Source: Bacilli bacterium (GTDB lineage: Bacteria; Bacillota_I; Bacilli_A; RFN20; CAG-826). From it: DNA of 64,000 nt. Where the stretch lies: NCBI GenBank assembly GCA_041652475.1, contig JBAZHG010000001.1:8161-72160 (forward strand), given 5' to 3'. The notes beneath the pieces are model-generated. The model was not told the DNA's origin. It saw only the letters and a program-made list of their open reading frames with translations, and searched no databases. Below, piece by piece: positions 36,992 to 45,343 of the stretch. How positions within the stretch are numbered: the stretch's first letter is position 1; every line of letters begins with the position of its first letter. The translations under genes were made by a program, and so were the position numbers.

Positions 36992-37606
36992 TTAATCGTG
37001 AGCCTGGTAGACGTGGTAGCCGGCCGCCCGGGCAATCCGGGTGACGTGGCGATATAGGGTTTGAAGGTAAGCGTTTGTCGAGGCCGCTCCTTGGGCTTTG
37101 CGGATGACGATATAGAGCTTTCCGCCCGGTTTGAGATGGTTTTTGGCTTCGGCGTAGAAGCGGTAGACGACTTCTTTGCCGGCCCGGATCGGGGGATTGG
37201 TGACGATGGTATCGTAGCAGTCCCGCACTTCCGCATAACCGTCGCTGACGAGGGCGATGACGCGCGCGTCAAGGCGTCGGGTGGCAATGTTCTTTTTGGC
37301 GAGGTCGATCGACCGTCGGTTGACGTCGACCATCGTGACCCTGAGGGCCGGAAACTGATCGGCCAGGACGATGCCAATCGGTCCGTAGCCACAGCCAAGA
37401 TCGAGCAAGTCGGTCCCCAAATCTTCACCCAAGAGGGCTTCGGTCAGGATCCGGGTCCCGTCATCGATGCGGCGGGCCGAGAAAACGCCCCGGTCGGCGA
37501 GGAAGGTATACGCGCGCCCGGCGAAACTCGCCTCGAGGGCGCGCGGTTGACTCGTGAGATTCTGGTCATTTTCGAAGTAATGCGACAGAATTGAGCACCT
37601 CCTCAT
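36992..37606 (-). CDS. Class I SAM-dependent methyltransferase (ybxB/RsmC-like), in the conserved rplL-rpoB slot
   Basis: 204 aa. The [14 protein letters not shown] motif and a TNPP motif. Confidence 0.8.
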   Translation of the reverse strand: MRRCSILSHYFENDQNLTSQPRALEASFAGRAYTFLADRGVFSARRIDDGTRILTEALLGEDLGTDLLDLGCGYGPIGIVLADQFPALRVTMVDVNRRSIDLAKKNIATRRLDARVIALVSDGYAEVRDCYDTIVTNPPIRAGKEVVYRFYAEAKNHLKPGGKLYIVIRKAQGAASTNAYLQTLYRHVTRIARAAGYHVYQAHD

Positions 37607-37663
37607 AAAAGCCCAAAAACCCGCCGTGAGACAGGTTTTGGTATTGGTTGGGGTTAGGCTTGG

Positions 37664-38044
37664 TTATTTAATTTCAACTTCGGCTCCGGCGGCGACGAGA
37701 GCTTTCTTGTGTTCTTCGGCTTCGACCGGGGAGATCTTTTCCTTGATGGCGACAGGGGCGCCGTCAACGAGCTTCTTGGCATCCATGAGGCCGAGACCGG
37801 TGATCGCTTGGACCGCCTTGATGACGGCGACTTTGGATTGGCCGACGGCTTTCAGGAACAGGCTGACGTCGACTGGTCCTTTGGGAGCGGCTTCTTCTTC
37901 TTCAACCGCGGAAGCGGCAACGGCCACGGGGGCGGCGGCGGTGACTCCGAATTCGGTTTCGACGGCTTTAACGAGATCGTTGAGTTCGAGCAAGGTCATT
38001 TCCTTCAACGAGGCAATGATTTCTGAGATGGTGAGCTTTGCCAT
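37664..38044 (-). CDS. rplL: 50S ribosomal protein L7/L12
   Basis: 126 aa. [29 protein letters not shown]... Confidence 0.97.
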   Translation of the reverse strand: MAKLTISEIIASLKEMTLLELNDLVKAVETEFGVTAAAPVAVAASAVEEEEAAPKGPVDVSLFLKAVGQSKVAVIKAVQAITGLGLMDAKKLVDGAPVAIKEKISPVEAEEHKKALVAAGAEVEIK

Positions 38045-38071
38045 TTTGTTTTCCTCCTAATTGGCATTGAT

Positions 38072-38557
38072 TTAATTTTTTTCGCTGACGGCCTTCAAGG
38101 TCGCGGCGAAGGAACGGATCGGCGATTGGATGCAGGACAGGAACATCGATATCAGTCCTGTCTTGCCGGGCAGCATGGCGACGGTTTTCACGCCGTTGCT
38201 GTCGAGCACGCGGCCGTCGACGACGCCGCCTTTGATGCTCATGATGCCGGTGCGGCGCGCGAATTTGACCAAGGCTTTCGGGCCTTCGATCGGATCGGGG
38301 CAGAACACCAGGGCGTTGGGGCCGGTCAAATGGTCGGCCAAGCCGTGGTAATTGAGCTTGTCGCTGGCCCGTCGGACCATCGTGTTCTTGTAGACGGCCA
38401 CTTGGGCGTTCAATCCACGCATGAGACGACGGAGTTCGCCGATTTGAGTCACGTTCATGCCGCGGTACTCGACTAAGACGAGGGCGGCTGCCTTTTTGGC
38501 GCGAGCGACGACTTCGTCGACGACGGCTTCTTTTTGCTTTAAGATAGCTTGATTCAC
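38072..38557 (-). CDS. rplJ: 50S ribosomal protein L10
   Basis: 161 aa. Confidence 0.95.
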   Translation of the reverse strand: MNQAILKQKEAVVDEVVARAKKAAALVLVEYRGMNVTQIGELRRLMRGLNAQVAVYKNTMVRRASDKLNYHGLADHLTGPNALVFCPDPIEGPKALVKFARRTGIMSIKGGVVDGRVLDSNGVKTVAMLPGKTGLISMFLSCIQSPIRSFAATLKAVSEKN

Positions 38558-38710
38558 TATTTACACCTCCTGTTTTAGATTTTTTATTGAGGCTTCAATA
38601 TCCAATTAGTAATGTCAATGGCTACTTGGGTTTTGATCCATTACCTCGGCAACATGATTAAGCGCGAGCCGTTGCTGTCTTGGGCCTATTGATGCGATCA
38701 AACGAATTGA
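38558..38710 (-). ncRNA. Probable ribosomal protein L10 leader (autoregulatory 5' UTR of rplJL)
   Basis: About 150-nt untranslated gap between rplA and rplJ in the conserved position of the Firmicutes L10 leader. Structure not modelled. Confidence 0.45.
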
Positions 38711-39394
38711 TTAGCGACCGGCGAACGTGATTTTGATGGCCGGACCCATGGTCGTGTGGATGACGGCGTTGCGGATGAAGGTCCCCTTGACCGCGGACGG
38801 GCGGGCTTTGACGAGCGTTTCCGTAAGGGCGGTCAGGTTGTCGATGATCTTTTGATCGTCGAAGCTGATGCGGGCGATCGAGACGTGGATGTTGGCTTCC
38901 TTGTCGATCCGGTATTCGACCTTGCCGGCTTTGATCTCTTGGATCGCCTTGGCGATGTCGACGGCGACGGTGCCCGTTTTCGGGTTGGGCATCAAGCCTT
39001 TGGGGCCGAGGACCCGGCCCAACTTGCCGATCTCGCCCATCATGTCCGGAGTGGCCACGATGACGTCGAAGTCGAACCAGTTTTCCTTTTGGATCTTCTC
39101 GAGCATCTCTTTGCCGCCGATTAAATCGGCGCCGGCGTTTTTGGCTTCCTCGACTTTTTGGGTGATGGCCAAGACGCGTTTGGTTTTGCCATTCCCGTGC
39201 GGGAGCACCATGGTGCCGCGGATTTGCTGATCGGCCTTCTTCGGGTCGATGTTGAGGTTGAACGAGACGTCGATGGTGGCGTCGAATTTGGTGGTGTTCG
39301 TCTGTTTGAGAAGCGGAATCGCTTCTTCGAACGTATAGAGTTTCTTATGGTCGATCAGCGCGGTGGCTGTCCGATATTTTTTGCCGTGTTTCAT
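38711..39394 (-). CDS. rplA: 50S ribosomal protein L1
   Basis: 227 aa. Confidence 0.97.
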   Translation of the reverse strand: MKHGKKYRTATALIDHKKLYTFEEAIPLLKQTNTTKFDATIDVSFNLNIDPKKADQQIRGTMVLPHGNGKTKRVLAITQKVEEAKNAGADLIGGKEMLEKIQKENWFDFDVIVATPDMMGEIGKLGRVLGPKGLMPNPKTGTVAVDIAKAIQEIKAGKVEYRIDKEANIHVSIARISFDDQKIIDNLTALTETLVKARPSAVKGTFIRNAVIHTTMGPAIKITFAGR

Positions 39395-39444
39395 TGGATT
39401 GTATCCTTTCTGGTGGTGCTAACGGGGTAGACCCTTCCACGCGA

Positions 39445-39861
39445 TCAGTCTTCGACCTTGACGCCCATGGCGAGACATGAACCTTCGACGATTTTCATCG
39501 CCGCTTCGAGATCGTAGCAGTTCAAGTCGACCATTTTGTATTCGGCGATCTTCTTCAAATCGGCGCGCGAAATCTTGCCGACCTTGGTCGCTTTGGGATT
39601 TCCGGAACCCTTCTCGATCCCGGCCGCTTTCTTGATTAATCCGGCCACGGGGGTCGTTTTAATGACGTAATCGAACGATTTGTCTTCATATGCCGTGATG
39701 ATGACGGGGACGACTTCGCCGCGGCGATCCGCGGTTTTGGCGTTGAAATCCGTGCAGAATTTCGGCATGACGATACCCGCCGAAGCGAGTTTTGGTCCTG
39801 GTTTGGCTTCGCCACCAGGCAGTTCCATCTTAAGAACTTTAGCGATTCTTTTGCTCACGCG
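39445..39861 (-). CDS. rplK: 50S ribosomal protein L11
   Basis: The start is placed at the GTG (VSKRIAKVLKMELPGGEAKPG), 9 nt after an AGGAGG SD. The ORF-track ATG at 39867 lies only about 3 nt from the SD. Confidence 0.93.
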   Translation of the reverse strand, partial: RVSKRIAKVLKMELPGGEAKPGPKLASAGIVMPKFCTDFNAKTADRRGEVVPVIITAYEDKSFDYVIKTTPVAGLIKKAAGIEKGSGNPKATKVGKISRADLKKIAEYKMVDLNCYDLEAAMKIVEGSCLAMGVKVED

Positions 39862-40004
39862 ACACACCTCCTGTTAATGTGTTGAGTCCGTGCTGTGGTC
39901 AATGGACGAATCACGTCCTTCCACGCTTAGGCATCAGTTCGAATTCGGTCTCCCGAGATGAACCTATGCGTTAAGTATTATACTATGTATATTTTGTATA
40001 GCAA
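39862..40004 (-). promoter_or_regulatory. rplKA promoter (TTGCTA-16-TATAAT) plus an approximately 110-nt leader, likely the L1-binding autoregulatory leader
   Basis: The minus strand reads TTGCTAtacaaaatatacatagTATAAT (40004-39977). The leader contains ctcgggagacc. In this genome the rplKA pair is uncoupled from nusG by the ktrBA insertion. Confidence 0.5.
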
Positions 40005-40092
40005 GGAAAATTTGCCATTAATTTGAGGGAACCGCCATTTGGGACATAAATCTCCCATTTAGCCAATATTGGACAGCCACTCCCATAAGTAA

Positions 40093-40104
40093 TATAATCT
40101 TTCC
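40093..40104 (+). promoter_or_regulatory. ktrB -10 element (TATAAT), 6 nt upstream of the ATG. Leaderless-type promoter.
   Basis: TTGGAC-18-TATAAT-ctttcc-ATG with no SD. Confidence 0.45.
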
Positions 40105-41484
40105 ATGGTTCGCGTCTCGCGCGAACCTGAGGCATTTCCCTTGCTTACCAAACGAAAAGTATCGCCCTACCTGCTCGTCTTTCTGAGTTTCGCGGCCTTG
40201 GTCTTCCTCGGCACCGCCCTTTTCGCGTTGCCGTTCTCCCATCGCGACGGCCAATGGGGCGGCTTCGTCGATTCCTTGTTCCTGTCGGTTTCGGCCGTGT
40301 GCGTGACCGGTCTCTCGCCTTATGCCAGTTTGATTCAAGAATTCACTTTATTCGGCCAGTTGGCCTTGTTGGTGCTTATTTCCGTCGGCGGCCTCGGTTT
40401 CATCACCGTCTTCACCTTCGTCGTCACGCTGTCGGGGCGGCGCATCGGCATCATCGATCGCTACATCATCAAGGAAGCCTTGAACTTATCCTCGATGAAG
40501 GGCGTCATCAACTTCGTCCGCAAGGTCATATTCATCACCTTGATCATCGAAGGGGTCGGGACGATTCCCTACCTCTTCGTGATGGTGCCCCGCTATGGTT
40601 TCTGGGAAGGGCTTTTCCAATCGGCCTTCCTGGCGGTTTCTTCGTTCAACAACGCCGGGTTCGATCTCTTGGGGAGCACCAGCCTTCAGGCTTATGCTTC
40701 TAACGCCATCGTCAACATCACGACCATGGTCCTGATCGTTTCAGGCGGCATCGGATTCCTGGTCTGGATCGATTTGCTGTCGCGGCGGCCGGCCCGCACC
40801 TGGTCGGCTTACACCAAAGTGGTCTTGACGATGACCGCCATCTTGATCCCATTTGGGATGGTGACCTTGATGTTCACCGAAATGAACCAGAGCAACGACT
40901 TGACCTGGCTTCAAGCCCTCTTCCACAGCGTCACGGCCCGCACCGCCGGTTTCTCGACCATCGACGTGAACCGCATTTCTTTGGCGGGACGGCTCTTCCT
41001 CATGATCTTGATGTTCATCGGCGCCAGCCCGATTTCGACCGGCGGCGGCATCAAGACGACGACCATCTTCATTATCGTGGTGGCGATCGTATCCTTCATC
41101 CGGGGCAAGCCGGTCCATGCCTTCAAACGATCGTTTTCGAACACGACCGTCATCAAGGCCATGTCCTTGACCTTCATCGCCGCGGTCTTGGTCTTCATCT
41201 CGATCATCGCCATCGAGCGGATTGAATCCGTCAATGGGGCTTATCCCCCGGGAATGTTCGACGCCAGCGCCTTCATGTTCGAAGCCTTCTCGGCCTTCGG
41301 CACCGTCGGCTTAAGCCAAGGGGTTACCCCATACCTGGCCGATGGTAGTAAAATAATTTTATCGTTATTAATGTTCTTGGGCCGCACCGGCCCGATGACC
41401 CTGTTCTCGATCGTGTCCGAATCGATGAACCAAACCGACAACGCCCATTACAGCCATATCGAAGCCACGATTCCAATCGGATAA
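40105..41484 (+). CDS. ktrB: Potassium uptake protein, membrane subunit KtrB/TrkH family
   Basis: 459 aa polytopic. Selectivity-filter-like glycine motifs (..SVGGLGFI.., ..GASPISTGGGIKTTT..). Confidence 0.85.
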   Translation: MVRVSREPEAFPLLTKRKVSPYLLVFLSFAALVFLGTALFALPFSHRDGQWGGFVDSLFLSVSAVCVTGLSPYASLIQEFTLFGQLALLVLISVGGLGFITVFTFVVTLSGRRIGIIDRYIIKEALNLSSMKGVINFVRKVIFITLIIEGVGTIPYLFVMVPRYGFWEGLFQSAFLAVSSFNNAGFDLLGSTSLQAYASNAIVNITTMVLIVSGGIGFLVWIDLLSRRPARTWSAYTKVVLTMTAILIPFGMVTLMFTEMNQSNDLTWLQALFHSVTARTAGFSTIDVNRISLAGRLFLMILMFIGASPISTGGGIKTTTIFIIVVAIVSFIRGKPVHAFKRSFSNTTVIKAMSLTFIAAVLVFISIIAIERIESVNGAYPPGMFDASAFMFEAFSAFGTVGLSQGVTPYLADGSKIILSLLMFLGRTGPMTLFSIVSESMNQTDNAHYSHIEATIPIG

Positions 41485-41496
41485 GGAGAAATCACC

Positions 41497-42162
41497 ATGA
41501 GCAAAAAATCATTCGCCGTCATCGGCCTCGGCCAATTCGGTCTCGCCATCGTCGGCGAGCTGGCCGCCATCGGGGCCGACGTCATCGCCATCGACCGCGA
41601 CGAAGCCAGCGTCCGCAAAGCCGGCCTCCACGTGCCAACGGCCTTCATCGCCGACGCCACCGACGAGAAAGCCCTGCGCGACCTCGACGTCCACCACGTC
41701 ACCCACGCCATCGTCGCCTTTGGCGACAACATCCAAGCCTCGATTTTGACGACCGTCATCCTGGCGAACATGAACATCCCGCACATCGTCGTCCGGGTCG
41801 ATGACGATTATTACGTTCCCATTATTAAAAAACTCGGCGCCACCGAGATCATCATGCCGCAACGACTGGCCGGTCACGGCCTGGCCAATCGGCTCGACGA
41901 TGAGGATTTCCTCGATTACTATTCATTGGGCGACAATTTTTCAGTCGTCAAGATCACGGTCGGGGCATCCTTCGTTCCCCAAACGATTTTGGCCATGGAC
42001 CCGCGCAACAAATACAACGTCAACTTGATCCTCCTGACCAAAAACCAAGCGACCTCGATTCCCCGAGCCGCCGATTTAATCGAACCGGGCGACAGCGTCT
42101 TCGTGGTCGGCAAGCGACGCGAGCTGCGGGCCTTTGGAAACTTCCTCCAAGGCGAAGAATAG
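41497..42162 (+). CDS. ktrA: Potassium uptake regulatory subunit KtrA/TrkA (RCK domain)
   Basis: 221 aa. TrkA-N Rossmann motif FAVIGLGQFGLAIVGEL and an RCK_C-like C-terminus. Confidence 0.85.
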   Translation: MSKKSFAVIGLGQFGLAIVGELAAIGADVIAIDRDEASVRKAGLHVPTAFIADATDEKALRDLDVHHVTHAIVAFGDNIQASILTTVILANMNIPHIVVRVDDDYYVPIIKKLGATEIIMPQRLAGHGLANRLDDEDFLDYYSLGDNFSVVKITVGASFVPQTILAMDPRNKYNVNLILLTKNQATSIPRAADLIEPGDSVFVVGKRRELRAFGNFLQGEE

Positions 42163-42195
42163 GCAAACGAAAAGGCCGGGCGACCGGCCTTTATT
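42163..42195. terminator. Bidirectional terminator between convergent ktrA and nusG
   Basis: Hairpin aggccgg-gcga-ccggcct, flanked by AAAA and TTTATTTT. Confidence 0.75.
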
Positions 42196-42753
42196 TTAGA
42201 TTTTTTCGATTTCCCCGAAGTCGACTTCAACCGAGGTCGCCCTTCCGAAGAAGACCGTTTCCACTTTGACGACGCCGGTTTCTTTGTCAATGGCTTGGAT
42301 CGTGCCCTCGGTTCCCTCAAGCGGGCCGTGGATGACTTTGATCAAGTCGCCGACGTTGTAGCGGTCGTACATGCCTTGGTCGACCATGCCCATCCGCTTC
42401 AGGATCGGTTCCATCTGCTCGGGTGGGACCGGGATCGGCTTGGTGCCGCCGCCGGACGAACCGACGAAACCGGTGACCCCCGGGGTATTCCGGACCATGT
42501 ACCACGACTCGTCGGTCATAATCATTTCAATGAAGACGTAGCCGGGATAGGAATTTTTCATTTTGGTTTTCCCGGTCGGGACCCCGTCCTTGAAGACTTG
42601 CTCTTCTTGTTCGACGACGAGAATCCGGGACACGTAATCCTTCAAGTTCATGGAATCAATGCGGCGCCGCAGATTTTCGGCCACCTTGTTTTCATGGCTC
42701 GAGTAGGTGCTGACGATATACCATTGCTTTTCGACTAAGATATCATTGGCCAT
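42196..42753 (-). CDS. nusG: Transcription termination/antitermination factor NusG
   Basis: 185 aa with NGN and KOW regions (..WYIVSTYSSHENKV.., GDLIKVIHGPLEG..). Confidence 0.95.
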   Translation of the reverse strand: MANDILVEKQWYIVSTYSSHENKVAENLRRRIDSMNLKDYVSRILVVEQEEQVFKDGVPTGKTKMKNSYPGYVFIEMIMTDESWYMVRNTPGVTGFVGSSGGGTKPIPVPPEQMEPILKRMGMVDQGMYDRYNVGDLIKVIHGPLEGTEGTIQAIDKETGVVKVETVFFGRATSVEVDFGEIEKI

Positions 42754-42760
42754 GATGCAA

Positions 42761-42958
42761 TTACCTCAAGGACTCGAAGGCGTTGCGGAGCTGTTTCAAC
42801 AGTTCTCCGACCAAAAGGTCTTCGAGACTCAATATCAAAGCGGCGAAAACGGCGATCGAGACCACGACGATGATCGACGGGACTAAGACTTCCCGTTTCG
42901 GCCAGCGGACCCGTTTGCTTTCGCGCACGACTTCGGCGGAATATTTTTTGATGTTCAT
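42761..42958 (-). CDS. secE: Preprotein translocase subunit SecE
   Basis: 65 aa, single TM. Conserved position upstream of nusG. Confidence 0.85.
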   Translation of the reverse strand: MNIKKYSAEVVRESKRVRWPKREVLVPSIIVVVSIAVFAALILSLEDLLVGELLKQLRNAFESLR

Positions 42959-42969
42959 GGACGAACCTC

Positions 42970-43119
42970 CTAGCGGCTTTCTTTGTGGACGGTGGCCTTG
43001 TTGCAGCGCGGACAGTACTTCTTGGTTTCAAACCGCGAGCCGGAGGCCCCGACGCGTTTGGTCGTCTCATAGTTGCGAGCCAAACACTCCGAGCAAATTA
43101 AAATGATTTTTTCACGCAT
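42970..43119 (-). CDS. rpmG: 50S ribosomal protein L33
   Basis: Manual translation: [49 protein letters not shown], a zinc ribbon (CxxC...CxxC). The 49-aa gene is below the 60-aa ORF-track threshold. Confidence 0.9.
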   Translation of the reverse strand: MREKIILICSECLARNYETTKRVGASGSRFETKKYCPRCNKATVHKESR

Positions 43120-43201
43120 AATTCATACCATAATATTTAATCATTTTAGCGTAAAAAATATACCACGCCGGTCCCCTTAAGTCAAATGATTTATCATCGG
43201 G

Positions 43202-43798
43202 TTATTCTTGAAACTTGCCGCCGTGCGATTGGTTGATCTTGTCGACGATGCGCGAGATCTGCCGGTAGCTCTTCTTGTAGATGCGCCCGATTTCGCTGAA
43301 CGAATACCCGAGCATCCGATAAGCGACGATGGCTTTTTCAAGCGGAGTCAAACCCGAATGGACGTCTTCGGCCAATTCGAGGATGTGGCCCGAGTTGACG
43401 GCCCCAATCTTTTCATCAATCGCTCCAATGACGTCGTAGAGATTCCCGCCTTCGCCGAGCGGTTCGTCAAAGGACAAGGCCGTGTTCAATAGCGTTTGGT
43501 TAAAGGTGTTGAATTTTTTGATTTCGTTGACGAGGTCCCGTTCCAGAAGCAGATGATAATAGGCGTCGAAGACCGCCTTGCGGCCATCGTAGGAATCGAT
43601 GGCGTGATACAGGGATTGGATGGCAATCGTCTTGAGATCGCCCGGCTCAAGCCCGCTGTAGCGATTGTCTTTCAAAAGCCGATAGATCATCCGATCTTGC
43701 TTGGGACGCATCCTTTCGAACAAGGCCCGTTCGGCCTCGCGATTGTGTTGGCGCGCCAAAAAAACTAGTTCGTCGTCGCTGACGTCTTCATAGGTCAT
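43202..43798 (-). CDS. sigH: Sigma-70 family sigma factor in the canonical sigH position (rlmB-sigH-rpmG-secE-nusG)
   Basis: 198 aa. Region 2-like sequence (LVFLARQHNREAERALFERMRPKQDRMIYRLL) and a region 4 HTH (LTPLEKAIVAYRMLGYSFSEIGRIYKKSYRQISRIV). Synteny as in Bacillus. Confidence 0.7.
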   Translation of the reverse strand: MTYEDVSDDELVFLARQHNREAERALFERMRPKQDRMIYRLLKDNRYSGLEPGDLKTIAIQSLYHAIDSYDGRKAVFDAYYHLLLERDLVNEIKKFNTFNQTLLNTALSFDEPLGEGGNLYDVIGAIDEKIGAVNSGHILELAEDVHSGLTPLEKAIVAYRMLGYSFSEIGRIYKKSYRQISRIVDKINQSHGGKFQE

Positions 43799-43807
43799 GG
43801 TTTCCTC

Positions 43808-44536
43808 CTAACGAGGAAAACGTTGTGATTGGATCTCGGCCAACAAGACGGCTGTCGCCGCCGAGGCGTTGATGGAATTGATCTTTCCCGTCATCGGGAT
43901 CTTGACGACGACGTCGCTGTTGCGCCGAACCAATTCGGCGATGCCATCCCCTTCGGATCCAACAATGAGGGCGATTTTGCGGCGATAATCGAAGTTTCGA
44001 TAATCGATTGCCTCTTGAAGGGCCGAACTGACGATCCAGTAACCGGCCGTTTTCAATTGCTTAATCAGCTGGGAAAGGTTGGTCACTTGGGCGACGGGGA
44101 CGTGGGCGATGGCGCCTGACGAGACTTTGACCACGACATTCGTCAATCCGACCTGGCGGTCCTTTTTCACGACGAGGCCGTGGGCTCCGAAAGCGTCGGC
44201 GTTGCGGATGATGGCCCCGAAGTTTTGGGGATCTTGGATCGAATCCAAGACCACAAGCAGCGGATAGGGGGCTTGGTCGGCTTGTTTGAGAATGGCCTCC
44301 AAGGGCGTGAATTCATAGGCCTTGATCAAGGCGGCGATTCCTTGGTGGCGCGGGCCGACCCGCGCGGCGATCCAATCGTTTTCCTTCCGTTCGATGGCAA
44401 CGCCTTGCTTCGTCAAGCGGGCGACCAGGTCAGTTCCCGAAAAAGACGGCGTTAGAAAAACCTTGAGGACCCGACCGGTTTCCAGCGATTCGAGAACGGC
44501 GTTGCGACCGTAAATGTATTGTGTCAGGTTTCCCAT
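43808..44536 (-). CDS. rlmB: TrmH/SpoU-family 23S rRNA 2'-O-methyltransferase (RlmB/YacO-like)
   Basis: 242 aa. SpoU-methylase motifs (LVVLDSIQDPQNFGAIIRNA, VVKIPMTGKINSINAS). Confidence 0.85.
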   Translation of the reverse strand: MGNLTQYIYGRNAVLESLETGRVLKVFLTPSFSGTDLVARLTKQGVAIERKENDWIAARVGPRHQGIAALIKAYEFTPLEAILKQADQAPYPLLVVLDSIQDPQNFGAIIRNADAFGAHGLVVKKDRQVGLTNVVVKVSSGAIAHVPVAQVTNLSQLIKQLKTAGYWIVSSALQEAIDYRNFDYRRKIALIVGSEGDGIAELVRRNSDVVVKIPMTGKINSINASAATAVLLAEIQSQRFPR

Positions 44537-44580
44537 GGGTCAGATTTCAAATATGGGTCTAATTAATCCCAGTTTAGTTC

Positions 44581-45327
44581 CTAGTATTCGGTCGAAATGC
44601 GAATTTCAATCGGATTGATGGTGGTTTTCAGTTCCTCGACCAAAGCCGCTGAGGTGGCTGTGCTCATGTAGGCGATGCGCAGGGAGACGCGCAGGAACAC
44701 TTGTCCGCTGACGTTGACGATCTGCGATTGGAAATCCTTGACCGAGACCCCGAGGCGCGAGGCCACGAAATGGATTTGCTTTAAAATGGGGGTTTCCGTC
44801 GGAACCACCAGGGTGATTTTTGGCGATTTGCGGGAGGCATAATGCTCAACCCGCCGCAGGATGATAAGGGTAATCAAGGCGATGGCCGTGGTCACGAGCG
44901 CAATGACGAAACGTCCGGAACCGGCCGCCAAGCCGATTGCCATCGTCAACCACAAAGTGGTTGCCGTCGTCAAACCCTTGATGTCGGTGCCCGTTTGGAT
45001 GATGGTTCCGGCACCGATGAAACCGATGCCGCTCACGACTTGGGCTGCCAAGCGGGCCGGATCGCGATTCGGGTAGGTGGACCCGAAGCCGTAGATGGAG
45101 ATGATCATAATGAGGGCCGATCCAACCCCGACGAGAATATGGGTCCTTAGTCCGGCCGAGTGCCCGTGGTATTCGCGTTCATAGCCGATGGCTCCCGAGA
45201 ATATCGCCGCAAGGAAAAGCGACAAAATAATCAAGAGAATGTTGCCGAACGCGCCTAAGCCGTTCAACCAGTCAATCAAGTATTGGTCAATAGTGCTCGT
45301 CATCGCCGATGGGGCCGAAAATAACAT
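44581..45327 (-). CDS. mgtC: MgtC/SapB family membrane protein
   Basis: 248 aa. N-terminal MgtC membrane domain (EREYHGHSAGLRTHILVGVGSALIMII) and a C-terminal soluble ACT-like domain. Confidence 0.8.
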   Translation of the reverse strand: MLFSAPSAMTSTIDQYLIDWLNGLGAFGNILLIILSLFLAAIFSGAIGYEREYHGHSAGLRTHILVGVGSALIMIISIYGFGSTYPNRDPARLAAQVVSGIGFIGAGTIIQTGTDIKGLTTATTLWLTMAIGLAAGSGRFVIALVTTAIALITLIILRRVEHYASRKSPKITLVVPTETPILKQIHFVASRLGVSVKDFQSQIVNVSGQVFLRVSLRIAYMSTATSAALVEELKTTINPIEIRISTEY

Positions 45328-45343
45328 AAAAATTCATCCCTTC

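Noticed and set aside
37607-37663. Possible terminator/attenuator between rplL and the ybxB-like methyltransferase
   Set aside because: Only a weak aaacc/ggttt flank with a non-complementary interior. It is not convincing as a hairpin without computation.
39862-39867. ATG at 39865-39867 as the rplK start
   Set aside because: It is only about 3 nt downstream of the AGGAGG SD. The GTG 6 nt further on gives canonical spacing and the conserved L11 N-terminus.
40018-40338. 106-aa minus-strand ORF in the rplK/ktrB divergent region
   Set aside because: It overlaps the ktrB start and both promoters, and its product is a low-complexity Arg/Gly/Gln-rich string. It is considered spurious.
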